Shown piece after piece: positions 60,401 to 64,000 of a stretch of 64,000 nt of DNA. Source of the DNA: Macrostomum lignano. Taxonomy: Eukaryota. Where the stretch lies: the NCBI GenBank assembly GCA_002269645.1, contig NIVC01003900.1, positions 1-64,000 on the forward strand, written 5' to 3'. The translations under genes and the position numbers were made by a program. Each line of letters starts with the position of its first letter. Positions within the stretch are counted from its first letter, which is position 1. Below the pieces are notes generated by a model that was not told where the DNA came from, did no database searches, and saw nothing but the letters and a program-made list of their open reading frames with translations.

Positions 60401-62614
60401 CTTCTGCAGCTAATGTCAATAGAAGTTGCTTTAATCTTAAGGATGGTAGCGATTCATTCTTGTGACCCTGTTTCACTCCATGAGTCTCTTCAGGTGTACT
60501 GTCGCTCTTCCGTAGTCTCTACAGGTGTAGTGTCACTCTCTTCCTTAGACTCTTTAGGTGTACTGTCACCTGGGTTTTTTTGTGCGAATGGGTGCGAATA
60601 GCATCCTGGTCTTAAAAATTGCACCCTGAAATTTGACTCAGGGTGCGAAAAGCGCACCCAAATTTTTGCAAGGATGTGATGCGGGTTTTACAATTTAGTG
60701 TTTTACTGTTATGGACATCTTAAGTCCGTAACTTCGTATTCTTAGAATTAGCCAGTAATTTTTTGAATCTTTAATTAATGTAAAGCAATTAAGTTAAGCA
60801 TTTGGAATTTGGAATTTGGATCATCATTGGATGGTTTGGATGGACAAAAACTTTGAAACACTATTAGTATTAGACCAGTTTTTGTCTGCAGCAGTGCAGC
60901 GCATCCTGGTCTTGAAAATCGCACCCTGAAATCTAGCACAGGGTGCGAAATCGCACCCAAGTTATGGACGAAAAAAAAACCAGACTGTCACTCTCTTCCT
61001 TAGACTCTTCAGGTGTACTGTCACTCTCTTCCTTAGTCTCTTTAGGTGTACTGTCACTCTCTTCCTTAGTCTCTTTAGGTGTACTGTCACTCTCTTCCTT
61101 AGTCTCTTTAGGTGTACTGTCACTCTCTTCCTTAGACTCTTCAGGTGTACTGTCACTCTCTTCCTTAGACTCTTCAGGTGTACTGTCACTCTCTTTCTTA
61201 GTCTCTTTAGGTGTACTGTCACTCTCTTCCTTAGTTTCCTTAGGTGTACTGTCACTCTCTTCCTTAGTCTCTTTAGGTGTACTGTCACTCTCTTCCTTAG
61301 TTTCCTTAGGTGTACTGTCACTCTTCCTTAGTCTCAACAGGTGTACTGTCACTCTTTTCTTTAGTCTCTATATTAGCTACCTCTCCTACATTCCTAGGTA
61401 CCTTAATATTGGCTGCACTCACTTCCTCTTCTCATGCTGAATCTGCTAAAAATGTTTGAAACACTTCCAAAATACAGGTAGCAGTGAATGTACACCAGTG
61501 GCTAATTGAACAGTCGGATCGTTGGCGTCAGGTATCAACGGTGCTCACTGAGCAGCAAGCACGTCAGGCTTATCAGTCAGCAACCAGACAGATGGCTCGC
61601 CTTAATCGCACCGCGGCCCGTCTGATGCGGCAGTACAATGCTCACGCGTGCACCGACGTGACCGGCTTCGGACTGTTAGGGCACGCCAACAATTTGGCAG
61701 CTTGCCAGAAAGCCGACGTGTCTATGGTGGTGCATAATCTGCCAATCATTGCCGGTATGGCGGCTGCTAGCGCTCATCTGGGCGGTGCTTTCGGTTTGTT
61801 GCGAGGCACTTCGGCTGAGACTTCCGGCGGATTGTTAGTTGCTATGTCTAGAACTGATGCGGCAGAGTATTGCAAGGTGAGGATCATTTCTTTATGTATT
61901 GTATTTATTTAGCATTTTAATAGTAAATTGATTACACCTGCCCCAATCGCAGCTATTGCGCAGCGCATCTGAAAGCTGCGTACGGCTGTTCAGTCCACGG
62001 ACTGGGGGTCGGCACACACCCTCAGTTACCCCAGCTAAATGCTGGCACCCATTTTACAACTGGATGAACTGAAGCAATACAGAGTTAAGTGTCTTGCTTA
62101 AGGACACAAATTGCTCCGATTGTGGGATCGGGAATCGAACCCTCGACCTTCAAGTTGCGAGTCAAATCAAATCAAATCAAAATTAGTATATCGATAGATT
62201 TTGCACTGTTTGTCTGCCTGTGTAATTCATTTTTTCAAGAATCATCTGGCGAAGAAATAATAGCCGATATGTATCGTTTGTCGATCTGCTTGGAACAATT
62301 TGTGTCCTTGAGCCAGACACTTAACTCTGCATTGCTTCAATTCACCCAGCTGTAAAATAGGTGCCAGCCATTTAGGTGTCTATGGCGACCCCTCCAGTCG
62401 TTGGACTGAACAGTTACTATGTTCTATCCTATTAATAAAATCTAAAAGATAATCATTTCCAAATTCTATTTCAAAGGCTCTCGAAGCCACGTCAAGCTCT
62501 GACGGCGGCGGTGCAGCATGGATTGTTGGTGTTGTTGAAGCTGGCAGTCGGTCAGCTGTCATTGCTGACAAGCCGCGTATTATTGAAGTCAATGCCGCTG
62601 GTAATACCGAGTAA
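54488..62614 (+). CDS. SEPHS2: Selenophosphate synthetase 2 (selenoprotein, Sec at codon 29), about 397 aa, 5 exons
   Basis: Exons 54488-54719, 58197-58300, 60034-60353 (one base short, at about 60327), 61478-61876, 62477-62614. Sequence [14 protein letters not shown](54572-74)-GCKVPQ; [29 protein letters not shown]; [16 protein letters not shown]; [15 protein letters not shown]; [11 protein letters not shown]; SAETSGGLL; WIVGVVE..PRIIEV. Confidence 0.93.
56728..57179. mobile_element. Non-autonomous foldback-type element, 452 bp, in SPS2 intron 1
   Basis: Inverted ends, each carrying three 17-bp units (ACCAAGACCGCCACA-type versus TGTGGCGGTCTTGGT). 8-bp TSD AGATTTTA at 56720-56727 and 57180-57187. 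Confidence 0.75.
60478..61370. repeat. 33-bp minisatellite (TCACTCTCTTCCTTAGTCTCTTTAGGTGTACTG) in SPS2 intron 3, interrupted by a MITE
   Basis: Period 33 (61021 to 61054); units at 60478-60569 and 60984-61370. Confidence 0.93.
60570..60983. mobile_element. hAT-like MITE, 414 bp
   Basis: 8-bp TSD ACTGTCAC (60562-69 and 60984-91), short TIR CTGG(G)TTTTTTT / AAAAAAAAACCAG, and two subterminal direct repeats containing GCACCCTG..CAGGGTGC. Confidence 0.75.
61929..62163 (-). mobile_element. tRNA-derived CORE-SINE in SPS2 intron 4
   Basis: The minus strand has a B box GGGTTCGATTCCC followed by TGTGTCCTTAAGCAAGACACTTAACTCT..TGTAAAATGGG (MIR/CORE-like). Homologous to 9019-9222. Confidence 0.8.
62292..62375 (+). 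mobile_element. CORE-SINE fragment, inverted relative to 62035-62117
   Basis: GGAACAATTTGTGTCCTTGAGCCAGACACTTAACTCTGCATTGCTTCAATTCACCCAGCTGTAAAATAGG. Confidence 0.8.
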
Positions 62615-63543
62615 AATTTATTTTCAATAGTTGAGGCAGTAGAATCAGTCCGTTGTTTTTGTGTGCAGTCCTCAAAGTTGACTATCTGTGCTGAATTTTA
62701 ACAAAAGCCTTTGCATCCTTGAATTGCTTTATGGCAATCGGTTCTTAAGAGCAGACTATTGAATTTTTTCTTAGAAAGAGGAGTCCAAGCCTATTCCAAG
62801 TTGTTTTTGCCAATTTTACCGACTTATTCATTGCTGTCATGTTTTGATTATCAATCCATTTGTCTGATGATTTTTTCTGGTACTCTTTCAGATCGATAAA
62901 CACAGGAACGTTTTTTCATTAGAAATTCAAATATAGAAAATTACGCAAATAAATCAGTGGTTTAAATCTGACACTTAATAAGCGTACTTTAAGATTTCGA
63001 AGCTCGAAAGTTTACTAGCTCGAAACTTCATTAAGCTCAATTTTTGACAATTTCAACGACAAACCTGATTGCATACCATTTCAACCTACTATTTTTATAT
63101 TAGCACAATTGATTTAGCTTCGCGGCCTTCAAATTATGCTGTAAGTCCGGTGAATGGTGCTTAAGGTGATCAATGTTTTTGGGCTGAAAGCTTACAAACA
63201 GGCTGAAATGGTATGCAATTAGTTTTGTGTGAGGCAGATTTCAGTGCAATACCTTTCTACCTCGTCGATAGTTTTCAACAATACAGATGACTTTCAAGAT
63301 GTGACTGCAAAATCGTAAAATCAAAGTTTGCCCTTGTGAAAACGTTTCTGTGTTTGGTTAAGAAGGCTACTAGTTTTGTCCTAATTGTTAATGTCATTTA
63401 TGATTTCCTGTAGCTAACAACACACGATATTAATTCAAGTCAGTAAAATTGTTGTTTCATTTCAAGAATTCGGGAATTCAATCGTAGCAAAATGGTACGC
63501 TCTTTTTATAGGTCTATGCATTGCGATTCGGACAGTAATAAAC

Positions 63544-63599
63544 ATGACGATACAGTTTGAAAATCAGTTCGTTGTTAAAACTGACCGACTGTGTCCGAA
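63544..63599 (+). promoter_or_regulatory. Form-2 SECIS element of SPS2
   Basis: ATGAC core (63544-48); helix II GATACAGTTTG (63549-59) with CCGACTGTGTC (63585-95), 10 of 11 pairs including 2 G-U; unpaired AAAA (63560-63); mini-stem TCAGTT / AACTGA; 3' core CGAA (63596-99). Helix I is not well defined. Confidence 0.8.
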
Positions 63600-63834
63600 T
63601 AGAAGATGGAGGAATGCCTCCCTTATCCGATCGCATTGCTTTGACTGGGGCTGTGTGATTTTAAAAACAAGTTGCTGTGGTTCTTTGTTTTTTTTCAAAT
63701 CTAGCTTGTAGAAGTTGTAAAGCTTTTTCTTGAAGTTAAGTTCAATTTATATTTATTTAGCCAACAGCTATGAAGTTTTAAAGAAATACTGGAAAATATT
63801 GTTTAGTGACTAATTACTAAATGAGAATCAGAAG

Positions 63835-64000
63835 TGACTGTATGTGACTGTATGATGAGGATTAGAAGTTTCTCTATGATGAGGATCATAAGCGACTCTT
63901 TAGTGAGGATCAAGAGTGACTTTAGGGAGGAATAATATTGACTTTTTAGTGAGGATCAAAAGTGACTCTTTAGTGAGGATCAGGATTGACTCTATGGTGA
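63835..64000. repeat. Degenerate 23-25-bp minisatellite (TAGTGAGGATCAAGAGTGACTCTT-like), truncated by the window end
   Basis: Recurring GTGAGGAT and GTGACTCT. Confidence 0.8.

Noticed and set aside
60933-61440. [10 protein letters not shown]-repeat ORFs
   Set aside because: They are translations of the 33-bp intronic minisatellite.

Overview
Eukaryotic (metazoan) genomic DNA, not prokaryotic: spliced GT-AG genes are interleaved with many unrelated mini- and microsatellites and with transposable elements. The style suggests a free-living flatworm such as Macrostomum; this is inference and is not provable from this window. Host genes, left to right: (1) the 5' half of an ATP10-like P4-ATPase flippase (minus strand; the 3' half is not resolved); (2) a divergently transcribed DD3-3-like type I membrane protein; (3) NUDCD2; (4) RABIF/Mss4; (5) an HRI/EIF2AK1-like eIF2alpha kinase with 9 exons; (6) selenophosphate synthetase SPS2. 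The ORF track missed the start of SPS2 because exon 1 has an in-frame TGA in the K-G-U-G-C-K-V-P motif; a form-2 SECIS lies about 930 nt past its stop. Mobile DNA: a 5.1 kb CACTA/CMC-like element (CCC..GGG ends, 2-bp TSD) with a spliced accessory gene and no visible transposase; a full-length R1/Loa-like LINE with RNase H inserted in an intronic minisatellite; a young RTE-like LINE whose putative 9-bp TSD also encloses a 17-bp tandem array; an old CpG-decayed fragment of the same RTE family; a Crypton-like tyrosine recombinase remnant; CORE-SINE copies; and several MITEs. Most long ORFs in the track that overlap repeats are spurious. All alignments and folds were done by eye; no database searches were run.
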